From NCBI RefSeq assembly GCF_009914755.1, contig NC_060948.1: DNA of 64,000 nucleotides. The stretch is one strand, 5' to 3'. Below the pieces are notes generated by a model. That model searched no databases. It was not told the origin of the DNA and saw nothing but the letters and a program-made list of their open reading frames with translations. Positions 45,195-57,539 of the stretch are shown piece by piece. The translations under genes were made by a program, and so were the position numbers. The first letter of the stretch is position 1, and the number at the start of each line of letters is the position of its first letter. Source of the DNA: the human T2T-CHM13v2.0 reference genome, Homo sapiens.

Positions 45195-46747
45195 TTTACT
45201 GTAAGGGACATGACTAATCCAGGGTCCATCTGTAGGGCTTCCACTGGTGCTGAATACACTAGTCAGGCCTTCATTGCTGCTTTCCCCAGTGCTTGGACCC
45301 TTGAGGGCTTCCCAGGCATCTGACATTGTGATTGGAAAATAATCTTCATTTGATTGAATTTTCCTTCCCTTTTGGTCAACTGTGCTAACACCACAGCAGC
45401 CTCCATGAGAGAGACAAATTAGCCAGTCACATTAACATATGCCAGCATAATTGGGATGCCAAAAGCAATACTAACTGCAGTAATAACTGAGGATGCAATC
45501 ACTGACAAAGTCATTCCTCCTGTGATAGCCAAATTTCTCTTGTGTTGGAGGTTTGCTTTCCTTTATCCATGCAGTGAATCTTCCTGTCAACATAAACAGG
45601 AATGCTGATGACCATTTCAGGAATAGCAGTGGTAGCAATGAAAGATATCCCCACTGGAGCTCCAATTAATGCACACAGCTGCCAAGTAATTTTCTTACAG
45701 CTTCTTGCCCCAGAATCTGAAGCCAGAAGGTTTTTGAAAATATGGCAGAAATCTTTATTAAAATGTTTCCTTCAGTAATATGTTACCACGTACATAATAT
45801 ACACACATACCTATGTACATTCTTTGACATACCTCAAAGATTGCTACCATTAGTTTAACCAATAAATTAAAACTAAAAAAAAAAATAGGAAGGGGAGAAA
45901 GGAGAGGGAATCAGGGCAAAATTTTGATGTTTTATCTAGTAAGAAATTGCAAATATCTCAGAATTTCTCTGAGGGAAACCTATAAGCAGAGAATCTTTAA
46001 GATAAAATACATAAATTTTCACTCATCTCACCAAAAAAAAAAAAAAAGATTTGAAAGATGCCGTCACAACAATTGTGCTTCTCAGAACATTTATTCAATT
46101 TCAAATTCTGGCTTCGGCACCTTTTGTCTTTAAGACAGACTGCCCCTCGGCTGGGACAGAGAAGTTCATATGGACACCTGGGCCCAGTGCACCCTTGGGC
46201 TCTAGAGGTCAAGGGGGAAATCTGCAATATGATAGTGAGGGAAGTCATAGTCATCTGAAGTGATGTCTAGCACATCATCTCACTGCATATCATCACTCTC
46301 CAAACCACTGTGGATCATCTTGGGTTAGGCCAAGCTGATGTATGAAAGTTTGACGACCAGATAGTCTTTCTGTTCACAGCTTTGGTGTTTGTAGAAAAGT
46401 CCTCTTCACTGCCTCCATCTCCACCACTACTGCTATATTCTTCATTCTCTGTCATCTGAGCATGAATGTGGAATGAATCCTTTACGCTTCTTTCACTCAC
46501 CAGCTGACAGTAGCTTGGTTTGGCATCACTCAGATTTCCATATTGTTGCATTCCATGTCCTGATTATGAAAACAGTCATAGCAAAAGTGCTTGGGCTGTC
46601 ATTGATTCCATCAAGGTTGATTGTGTCTTTGAAGACAATTTCATTTTGGATATTGACTTGGACTTCTATCCTGCTGCATTTTCCCTAGATACTGTAAAGA
46701 ATCTCACCATTTAGTATGCTCCATGGGAGAGTTGTGAAGATGGTTGT
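45195..46747 (-). pseudogene. RNF19B: Processed pseudogene of RNF19B (RBR E3 ligase), 5'-truncated and circularly permuted; possibly RNF19BPX/RNF19BPY
   Basis: Minus-strand translation with frameshifts and stops: [64 protein letters not shown] (45195-45730) and [42 protein letters not shown] (46101-46747); 3'UTR with AATAAA; no introns. Confidence 0.9.
45754..45759 (-). terminator. Poly(A) signal AATAAA of the retrocopy, 18 nt before the A5 remnant (45731-45735)
   Basis: Minus strand ttttAATAAAgatttctgccatattttcAAAAA. Confidence 0.8.
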
Positions 46748-48875
46748 ATAATAAAAAATAATGATATTATGTAATGATAAAGGAATCAACTCATCAAAAG
46801 AATATAACAATTGTAAATATATATGCACTCCAACTTTGGAACACCTAAATATATAAAGTAAATATTAATAAACATGAAGAGAGAGATAGACTATAGTATA
46901 GTAATAACAGGGAATATCAATACCCCATTTTCAACAAGGAACAGATCACAGACAGAAATCAATAAGGAAACAATGGACTTGAACTATACTTTAGGTCAAA
47001 TGGACCTAAAAGGCATATACAAAACCTTCTATCTGATAGCAGCAGAATATATATTTTTCTAAAGCACACATGGAACATTCTTCAGGATAGGTCATATGTG
47101 AGGGCTCAAAACAAGTCTTCATAAGTTTAAGAAGATTGAAATTATATCAAGTATATTTTCCCATGACAATTGTATAAAACTAGAAATCAATAATAGGAGA
47201 AATATCAGAAATTCCCAAATAAGTGGAAATTAAACTACATTCCTCTAAGTAACCAATGAATCTAAAAACAAATTAAAAGGGAAACTAAATAATATATTCA
47301 GACAAGTGGAAATGGAAACACAACGTACCAAAATATACAGGACTCAGCCAAAGCAGTTCTAAGAAGGAAGTTTATAACAATAAATGCCTACTTCAAAGAA
47401 AAAAAAAAGATCCCAAATAAACCACCTTACGTTAGACATCAAGAAACTAGAAAAAGAAGACACAACCAAGTGCAAATTTAGTTAAAGGAAGAAAATAATA
47501 TAGCTCAGAACAGAAATGAATGACATACAGACTAGAGCCTTAATAGGAAAAATCAATAAAACTGAGTTGGGTTATGAAAAGATAAAACTGACAAACATTT
47601 AAACGGATTAACTAGGAAAAAAGGAAAAAGAATATAAATAAATTTAGAAATGAAATAGATGACATTACAACGGATATGCCACAGAAATAAAAAGGAGCAT
47701 AAGATACTATGAATAATTATACACCAACAAATATGATAATCTAGAAGACATAAATAAGTAACTATAAACATAAAACTTACCAAGGGTAAATCATGAAGAA
47801 ATAGAAAATCTGAACAGATCAGGAATGAGTAAGGAGATGAATTAGTAATAAAAATTTTCCTATCAAACAAAAGTACAGGATTAGATGTATTTACTGGTAA
47901 ATACTCCCAAACATTTAAATAAGACTTATTGCCAATCATTCTCAAACTTTTCCAAAAAAAAATGAAAAGTAGGACACACTTCCAAACTTATTTTATGAGG
48001 CCAGAATTACTGTATAACAAAAGTCAGACAAGAAAAGAACAATAAGAAATTAAGAAGAGAAACTAAAAGAAAAGAAAATTACAAGCCAGTAATTCAGATG
48101 CAATAATTCTCAATTAAACACTGAAGAACTAAATTCAACAGCACATTAAAAGGATAATACATCACACTGAAGTGGGATTTATTCCTGAAATACAAGGATG
48201 TTTCAACAAAAACAAATCCATAAATGTGATGTACCACATTAACAGAATGAAGGACAAAAAACATAATCATTTCAATAGATGCAGAAAAAAAAATCAGAGA
48301 AAATTCAACATCCCTTCATGATAAAAACCCTTAATGATTTAGGTGCAGAAGGAATATACATCAATAAGGGACATATATGAAAAGCACCCAAGCTCACATC
48401 AGACTCAATGGTGAAAAATTGCAAGTTTTCTAAGATCAGGAAAAAGACAAGGATTCCCCCTCTTGTGATAAGTATTCAACATTGTGCTGGTAGTCTTAGA
48501 ATAATCAAGAGAGAAATAAATGAAATTCAAATTGGAAAAGAAGATGTTATGATCTTATATCTAGAAAACCCTAGCCACTCACCAAAAAGCTGTTAGATGT
48601 AATAAACAAATTCAGCAAAGTTGCAGGAAACAAAATCACCATACAGAAATCAGTAACATTTATTCCCTGAAAACAAACTATACGAAAAAAAGTCAAGAAA
48701 GCAATTCTATTTACACAAGCAAAATGTAATAAAATAAAATATGTAAAAATAAATTTAACAAATAAAGTGAAAGTGCTAAACACTGAAAACTATAAAACAT
48801 TGATGAAAGAAATTAAAGAAGACACAAATGAATGGAAATATATAGGATGTTCACAGATTAGAAGAACTGATATTT

Positions 48876-49577
48876 GGGGCTTTGCTCCAGATTAGGCTTT
48901 GGCTTAAGTGAATGTTATGCCTAGTTTGATCTTCTGTCAGACCAATCAAACTTTCTCCATATAAGCAATAAGGCTGTTTTGCTTCCTTATCATTTGTATG
49001 TTCACTGGAGTAGCACTTTTAATTTCCCTCAATAACTTTTCCTTTGCATTCTCAACTTGGCTGACTGTTTGGCTTAAGAGACCCAGCTTTTGACATCCTT
49101 AGCTTTTGATTTAAAGTGAGATATGTGCAAATCTTCCTTTAACTTGAACACTGAGTCATCATTGTAGGGTTATTAATTGGACTAATTTCAATATTGTGGT
49201 GTCTCAGGGATTGGGGAGGCCTTAGGAGAGGAAGAAACACAGGGTAACAGCCAGTAAGTGGAGCAGTCAAAACACACATTTATAGATTAAGTTTGCCATC
49301 CTATATGAGTGTGGTTTGTGGTGCCCCAAAACAGTTACAATAGTAACACCAAAGATCACTGATCACAGATCACCATAACAGATAGAGTAATAATTTAGAA
49401 GTTTGAAATACTGTGATAATGTACAAAATGTGATAGATAAAAAGTGAGATCATACTGTTGGAAAAATGGTGCCAACAGACTTACTCAACACAGGGTTGCA
49501 ACAAACCTTTATTTTCTAAAAAGCAGAGTATCTGAAAAGTTCAATAAAATAAAGCACAATAAAATGAGATATGTTTG
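48876..49577 (-). mobile_element. Tigger1 5' portion
   Basis: caaagatcactgatcacagatcaccataacag; terminus caataaaataaagcacaataaaatgagatatgtttg followed by TA. Confidence 0.85.
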
Positions 49578-49633
49578 TATTCAAAGAAATAATGCCTAAA
49601 AATTCTCAAATTTGGTGAAAGAGATAAACCTAC

Positions 49634-50587
49634 TGTGGGGAAAGGAAAGAGAGATCAGGCTGCTTCTGTGTCTATGTAGAAAGAAGTAGACATAAGAGAC
49701 TCCATTTCGTTCTGTACGAAGAAAAATTCTTCTGCCTTGAGATGCTGTTAATCTGTAACCCTACCCCCAACCCTGTGCTCGCAGAGACATGTGCTGTATT
49801 GACTCAAGGTTTGGTGGATTTAGGGCTATGCAGGATGTGCTTTGTTAAACAAGTGCTTGAAGTCAGCATGCTTGTTAAAAGTCATCATCACTCTCTAATC
49901 TCAAGTACCCAGGGACACAATACCCTGCAGAAGGCTGCAGGGACCTCTGCCTAGGAAAGCCAGGTATTGTCCAAGGTTTCTCCCCATGTGATAGTCTGAG
50001 ATATGGCCTCCTGGGAAGGGAAAGGCCTGACCATCCCCCAGCCCGACACCCGTAAAGGGTCTGTGCTGAGGAGGATTAGTAAAAGAGGAAGGGCTCTTTG
50101 CAGTTGAGATAAGAGGAAGGCATCTCTGTCTCCTGCTCATCCCTGGGCAATGGAATGTCTCGGTGTAAAAGCCGATTGTATGTTCCATCTACTGAGATAG
50201 GAGAAAACCGCCTTAACGCTGGAGGTGAGACATGCTGGCGGTAATACTGCTCTTTAATGCATCGAGATGTTTATGTATGTGCACATCAAAGCACAGCACC
50301 TTTTTCTTAAGACATTTGTTCACATGTTTTCCTGCTGACCCTCTCCCCATTATTACCCTATTGTCCTGCCACATCCCCCTCTCCGAGATGGTAGAGATAA
50401 TGATCAATAAATACTGAGGGAACTCAGAGACCCGGTGTAAGCGTGGGTCCTCCGTATGCTGAGCGCGGGTCCCCTTGGCCCACATTTCTTTCTCTATACT
50501 TTGTCTCTGTGTCTCTTCCTTTTCTCAGTCTCTGGTCCCACCAGATGAGAAACACCCACAGGTGTGGAGGGGCAGGCCACCCCTTCA
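49634..50587 (+). mobile_element. HERV-K(HML-2) solo LTR, LTR5B-like
   Basis: tgtggggaaaggaaagagagatcag...ggggcaggccaccccttca, 954 bp; perfect TSD cctac (49629-49633, 50588-50592). Confidence 0.93.
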
Positions 50588-51927
50588 CCTACATATTCAG
50601 TAATCTGAGCAAACCCCAAACAAAAATTCCAGCCAAGACTCATCCTACTTAAACACCTGAAAGCTAAAGGCAAAAAAAAAGTATTGAAAGCTTCCAAAGA
50701 GAAATATTTTTTTTTCAGGATTTGTGTTAGGTAAAATATTAAGGACAGATTAGGACAGAAATAGGTAAGAGAAAAATGAGAAATAAGTGAACATAGAAAG
50801 AGAAGAGAACAGCATTACTAAGATTTCAAAGTTCAAACAGTACTTCAGATACTAGAAATTTACAATAGTTGAGGAAAAAAAAAAGGATCAAATACTTAGG
50901 GAAACCATTAACACATGGTCAAACCAAACCATAAAGACTAATATATTTGAATAAATAAGATTAAGTACTTTGACCCTAATAGCTCCAGCAATCTTGAGCA
51001 AGAAGAATAAAGCTAGCGGCATTATACTTCTTAATTTTAAATTATATTACAAAGCTATAGTGAGCCTAACAGCATAATTTTGACATAAAAAACAGATACA
51101 TAGACCAACAGAACATAATAGAAGGACCAGAAATAAACCCACACATATACAGTCAACTAATCCTCAATGAAGGTGCCAAAAATACAGAATGGAAAAAGGT
51201 TAGAAGTTTCAGTAAGTGGTGTTAAGAAAATGACATCCACATGCAGAACAATGAAATTGAATTATTATCTGACACCATACACAAAAATCAACTCAAAATA
51301 GATTATAGACTAAACTTGAAGACCTGAAACTAAATCTCCTAAAAGAAAACACAAGGGAAAAGTTTCATGACATTAATCCTGGCAATGATCTTTTGGATAT
51401 CACACCAAAAGCAAAGGCAACAAAAGCAAAAATAATCAAATGTGACTATATATGCACAGGAAAGGAAACAGTTAACAAAATGAAAAGGCAACCTACAGAA
51501 TAGAAGAACTATTTACAAATTATGTATCTGATAAGAGGTTAAAATTCAAAACATGTAAGAAGCTGTTACGACTGAATAGCAAACAAGAAATAACCTGATT
51601 TTGAAAAATAACCATAGAATCTAAATAGATATTTCTCCAAGAAAGACATACAAATTGTCAACAGTATCTGAAAAATTGATCAAACACCATTAATCATTAG
51701 AAAATGTAAATGAAAAATATAATGAGATATCACCACATACCTATTAGGAAGACTATTATCAAAAAGTCAAAAGATAGCAAGTGTTGAAGAGGATGTGAAG
51801 GAAAGGGAAACTTTACGTATTGTTGGTGAGATTGTACATTAGTATAGCCATTATGGAAAATGGCATAGAAGTTTCTCCAAAAATTAAAAATAGAACTCTC
51901 ATATGATCCAGCAATCACGCTTCTGGG

Positions 51928-52381
51928 TGTTAGGTTTTGAAGGGAAGGTGAGGGTTAAAGAAAGACACACACACAGAAAGAAGGTGGCTCGGCAGCAAAT
52001 GCAGTCTTTAAGTTCAGCATAAAACCTACAGAAGTGGGGGACCAGCCTAATGACAGTGCCCACCGCTGGGGTAATTTCTAGGTATGGGCAGGAGGGGTCT
52101 GGGCAGTATGGCTTGCTGCCCGGCAGGATACTGATAAGATGTTCCCATGATGAGGTGGTTCTGGCCCTTGTACCGGTAGAATGTGGTGCTCCTCCTTGTA
52201 CTTTCTCCCAGCAGAATATGATAAGAGGCAGGCTGTTTCTTCATTTGGGCCTTTGTCCACCTTGTGGTCAGGTGGTTAGGCAGGTTGTTTCTCACGGCCC
52301 GAACCCCAGTGAAATGTTTCACTTTGACTGAGGCCTGCTAAATAATGGGGAGCTTATAAAATGGTGCACTTTGGACTAACA
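51928..52381 (-). mobile_element. 3' LTR of the HERV-F provirus
   Basis: Direct repeat of 59567-60010; TG...CA ends. Confidence 0.92.
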
Positions 52382-52429
52382 TTCTTGCCTTTTACTTTAA
52401 TATAAAAGAAAGTGGGGCATTTTTGGTTA

Positions 52430-53800
52430 TCTGGCTGTTTCCTGCTGAATAACGGCACTGTAATCAGGGTTTGGGTTTTGAAGTAGTGGATGTCTGACTT
52501 CAGAGTTGTTTTCCTGGAGGTGCTGACACCAGACTTGGCGGAGGAGAAAGATGGTATCAATTGTTTTTGGGTGGCTGCCTAGACAAGGGAGTTCAGCCTT
52601 TGGGAGATAAAGTAGAATATGAAGGCGATTATACATGGACCGATTGTTATTATTATGAGGAAGAAAATCAGGGGCCCTAAGAAAGGGGGATTCACTTTAG
52701 GAGGAATGACTCCTGCCACTAAGAGTCAGTGTCATGATGTTGGATTTCTGCAGCCGTTATGGAGTCTGTGGGCTGTGCAGTTAACAATGCCAGATTCATT
52801 AACCTAAAAACAGATTCTTCTTGGAGATATACTTATGTACCCCCCCCCTTCTCAGCAGATAGCAGGTTTAAGGCCCTTTGGTTTTGGAAGATGACTCCCA
52901 CAAGGAAATTTATCTGCCTTTGGAGTCTCGTAATGGAATTATACATGTCCTTTAGGGTATTATAGAGGACTGTAGATATTTTTTTATAGGGCAGTTGAGG
53001 TTGATATATTTGCTATTCTGGTAGCAAGTGCAGAGGAGATGTGTATTCCTGTTTCCAGAGGAATGAGATGTAGAAACCACATAGTGCATGTGGAGGAAGA
53101 TGAGACAGAAGTTACTAAAGGAACCTGGATGGGCTGGTTGTTTGGCAAAATGTTAATGTTTGGAGATTGACAAACCAGGGTGCACATTCCTGACCCACCT
53201 GCCAGTAAGCAAGATAAGAGTTTGTGTCACCCAGAAAAGACTGGAGGTTGACAGGCAAAAGTTGTAAGTGAAGGTAGCAAGCCATGAGAAGGTGGCAGTT
53301 GAATCCTGGAAAAAATTTTTGTCTCAACCTTTTTGTTTTTTCTAGGTTGAATAGCTGTTAACAACAGTAGCCACTATGAGAGCCTGATAGGGAATGTTGG
53401 TGGAGAAGGAGGTGAAGGCTGTTTGGCTTTGTAGAGAGAGAGATAAAAGAGCTTTTTAACTAATAGCCATTGCAGTCCTGATAGGGCAGAAGGATGTAGG
53501 CTGCAGTTGAGGGAATTGTTTGTGCATTTCTTTCAGAGTGTCTGTGAGTTGGATACATGGAGAGCAGCTGCAGCAGAGAGGGGAGAGATTGGTAAGGGGC
53601 GTTTTATGGAATCCGGCTTGTAACATGTTTAATTTAGAGGCCATGAGGCAAAGGAGGGTGACAGCCCTGTGCGTGATGCTGTGGGTGGATTTGCGGGAAT
53701 CGCGTTTAGCCAAGCAAGATTATAAACAGGTTTTGGGAATGGATTGGCTGAGTAGGTGAGATTCGGATTTATTTTTGGATCAGATTTATGCAGTTAGGTT
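52430..53800 (-). pseudogene. env remnant (gammaretroviral TM with ISD)
   Basis: Minus strand ~52845-52892 encodes IFQNQRALNLLSAEKGG (ISD-like); multiple stops. Confidence 0.75.
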
Positions 53801-54289
53801 AACCGGAGGGCTGTGAACTGCTGGATTTGTGTCAACAACAAATTTAACAGTTGGAAGAAAGAAGGGAGTGTGACTGATTTAAGAGGGGATGTGTGAGGCT
53901 GACAAAGGGGGCCCAACTGCCAGAGGTTGGGAGTGGGGACTTACAGTATCCCACAGACAAAGAGGACAAAAGGAGAAAAAGGAGATTTGAGTAGGAGTGA
54001 AATTTTGGAATGTGTCCTGCAGCCATAGCTCCCAGATTATTGTGAGAAATTGGAGTGGACTCTCCAGGGACATGGGAAAGGGATACCAGGAAAGATCTGA
54101 AACAAGGTATGAGATAATAGATTTGAAATTAAAGGCAGAGAATGTTATGGATCAAGGCCTTCTGGATTGGCAACTTCTGGAATTTCTGTTGAGTGCAGAG
54201 AGGTTGGTCCTGTGAGAGAGGGAGAATAATTTGGTGGGGGCGGGGGGGTGGGGGGGGAGGAAATTTCTGGATGTGGATCTGGTTCTCTT

Positions 54290-57000
54290 TTTAGTTTGGA
54301 ATGATGTATCCAGTGTGGAAGGGATGTTAGCTTTGTTGTTGTGGGATTAGCTAGGATAACCTGGTGAGGACCCGTACACTTAGGTTGGAGAGGGGAGGAG
54401 GAAGAGTCTGCGATCCAGACCCAGTCCCCTGGTTGTAGGGAGAGGGAGGGGTATTTCGAGGATGGACTTTCAGGCTAGGGCAAGTAAACATTTGCATACT
54501 GTCTTATTAGATGTTGAGTGAAGTGTAGTGCTGGCCAAGTATCTGGTACAGAAGGGGAAGAAGAGACAGGGAGATTCTGGAGGATAAAGGAGTGTTTGTA
54601 CCTGAGTTTAAATGGGCTTAGGATGAGGGGCTTTTGGGGAATGGCTTGCAAGGGCATGAGGGCCAATAGGAGAAGTGAAGTCCAGCCATTTTAACCTCTA
54701 GAGAATCTGGTTAGTTGTTGTTTCAAAAGGGCATTGGTCCATTTAACTTCTCCTGAAGATTGGGGGCAATAAGGAATATGGAACGCTATTTAATGTTTAG
54801 AGCCTTCGCCAGCTGTTGGTTAATCTGTGAAACAAATGTTGGCCTAATGGAAGAGGGGAGTTTAAACTGGGAGATAATATGGGTGAGAAGAATGGAAGTG
54901 ACAGTGTGTGCCTTTTTGGTGGTGGTAGGAAAAGTTTCTATCCATCCAGAGAATGTATCTATTATTGTCAGAAGGTATCAGACTCGTTTTATAGGAGGCA
55001 TGTGTGTGAAGTTGATTTCCCAGTCCTGCCCTGGCAGGTGTCCTTGAGCTTGGTGTGTGGGGAAGGGAGGTGATTTGATACCTTCTTGAGGAGAAGTCTG
55101 AGTGCAAAGGGAACACGCGTTAGTAATATTTTTGTGATTGGCGGCCATGATGGGAGAATATATATAAGTTTTTAAAAGCTGGAGTAGGTGGCAGTAAACC
55201 ACATGGAAATGGTTGTGCGTATATGAAAGTACAGAAGGTTTCTGGGAATTGGGCAAGACAATTTGTCATTGAGGTAGAACCATTTTTTCCTGAACAACAC
55301 CAGCCTGGGCAAATGAGGTTTGTTTCTCCTGGGTATATATAGGGTGTATGCTGGGAAAAATGGGCAATAATAATGGGGTTTTAAAGGCTGCCTGCTGGGG
55401 TGCTGAATTTGTTAAAAAGTTTCCCGTGGTTATGGCATCTGTAGCCTTTTGGTGTTCCTTACAATAGAAAATGGCAGCCTGTGGTGGTAGTTTAGCCGCC
55501 TCCAGCAACTTGTAAATGAGTTTGTTATTTCCTATGGGGGTACCTTTTGTGGTTAGAAAACCCCTTTCCTGCCAGATTAAGACATGAGAGTGTAGGATGT
55601 GATATGCATATTTGGAATTGGTGTAACTGTTAAGCCTTCTTCCCTTGCTAGGGTTAGGGCCTTGGTTAATGCAACTAGCTCCACCTGTGAGAGGTAGTAT
55701 GGCGTGTGAGAGCATTGGATTTTATGAGTGAGAGAGCTCAGACTTGGAGATGTTTACAGGGAAGAGGGTGGCTGGGTTGAGAGCTTTACATCTCTGGAAG
55801 GTGATTAGAGGGTTTCCTATGAATAAGGCGTGTACCTGCAGTAAGCGGGATGGTGGGAAGCATAGAAGGCATTGATGGCTCATGAGTTCCTGTAGGTTAT
55901 GGGAAGATGCAATAGTAATGTTGTTGGTAGAGAGTGAGTTTCTGTGCCTCTGAGGCAAACAATGTGGCCACACTCAAGATTTTTAAGCGGGGCGGCCAGC
56001 CTTGGATGACATAATTCAGTAGTTTTGAGAGGTATGCAGTGGCTGTATGTTTGGCAAAGTAGTCCAAGAACAAGGTCTTAGTTAGAATATACATACAGAG
56101 TAAGGGCTTGGTGCGGTTGGGCAGTCCCAGTGCTGGGGCTACAAAAAGGGCATTTTTAATTTTTTTTACAGTTGTAGTTGATGGGGCAAGCTGAATCAAG
56201 GGGTTTTGTAATGGGTCTATGTGAGGCTGTGTAGAGCAGCTTGGCCAGTATGTCGAAATTGGGAATCCACAGCCAGAAGTATCCCATAAGGCCCAAGAAG
56301 GAGAGGAAGTGCTTCTTTGTGTGGGGAAGGGGTATGTCCCAAATTAGCTCCTTTTGTTGGGTTCGGATGGCCCGAGAATTAGGGGTTAGGGCAAGTCCAA
56401 GGTAAGTGACCTGGGTTTGGGCTACCTGAAATTTTGTGGGTGAGACCCCATATCCTTGACTATGGAGGAAGTTTAAAAGCTGAGTGGTGTATAAGATGGA
56501 CAGGTGAAGGGAGGGGCTACAGAGAAGGAGGTTATTGATGTATTGGAGGAGGGTGCTAGAGGCAAGGGGAAATTTAGTTAGGCCCTTGGTGAGGGCCTGC
56601 CTGAATAGGTGGGGACTATCCTGAAACCCCTGTGGGAGTACAGTCCATGTTAGTTGGGTGGACATGTGAGTATAAGGATTTGACCAAGTGAAAGCAAAAA
56701 GGCTTTGGGGTGCCAGATTTAAGGGAATAATGAAAAAAGTGTTCTTTGGTTCTAATACAGAGAAGTGTGTGATAGATGGAGGAATAAGGGAGAGTAAATA
56801 TATGGGTTGGGGACAACCAGATGAATTGGCACCACCACCTGATTAACAACTCAGAGATCCTGGACCAAGCAGTAGGACTCATCTGTCTTTTTGACAGCCA
56901 AGATAGGGGTGTTGTGAGGAGAGTTGACAGGCTTGAGAATTTGAGCTTGTAAAAGTTTACAGATGATAGGTTTAAGGTCCCAGAGGCTGGCTGGGTTAAG
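54290..57000 (-). pseudogene. pol remnant (RT, RNase H, IN)
   Basis: LTWTVLPQGFQDSPHLF and LLQYINNLLL (YxDD decayed); YTNSKYAY...ERGFLTTKG; H..H..CSLC and WEINFTHMP. Confidence 0.9.
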
Positions 57001-57299
57001 GGAATATTGAGACTGATGAAAAAAACATGGAAGGGTTTTGGAGGGTTATTTTGACTGGGATGTGATGTGTGGCTATTGTGGGTTTAGAAACATTTTACAC
57101 TTCAGGGTTAACAGAAGCTAACAGGGCAGATAATGAGGATGAGGGGGAGGAGAGGGAAGCATCTGCATGGCAGAGTAAAATAAAAAAGGTAGAATTGCAG
57201 GAGGCAAATTGTCTGGAGGCCTGGAACTTACTTAGTAGGTCTCACCCCCAAGATAGGGGAAGGGCACTGAGGGATAACCAGGAAGGAGTGGGTGAAGAG

Positions 57300-57500
57300 G
57301 GTGTTGAATAGGTTGCATTATAGAGGACCAGTCTGTTTGTGCCTAGAGGGGATTCCATTGACTCCCACAATAGAGATAGAAGAACTGAGGAGGGGTACAG
57401 AATATTCTGGTAAAACTGAGTAACTAGCCCCCATATCCAATAGGAAAGACATGGGCTTACTAGTGACTGACAGCGTTACCTTGGGTTCCGTGGTGGTGAT
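57300..57500 (-). pseudogene. Retroviral protease remnant
   Basis: MSFLLDMGASYSVL (DTG motif mutated to DMG). Confidence 0.85.
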
Positions 57501-57539
57501 GGCAGTGGGGACAGTGGGGACAGTGGATTCCGGGCCCCA

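Noticed and set aside
45725-45760. Back-spliced circRNA origin for the RNF19B permutation
   Set aside because: The upstream partner at the junction is the 3'UTR end with AATAAA and an A-run, not an internal exon ending at a splice donor.
46315-46551. 78-aa ORF with RNF19B-like peptide
   Set aside because: Partly in-frame piece of a pseudogene with stops and frameshifts that lacks the RING-IBR-RING region.
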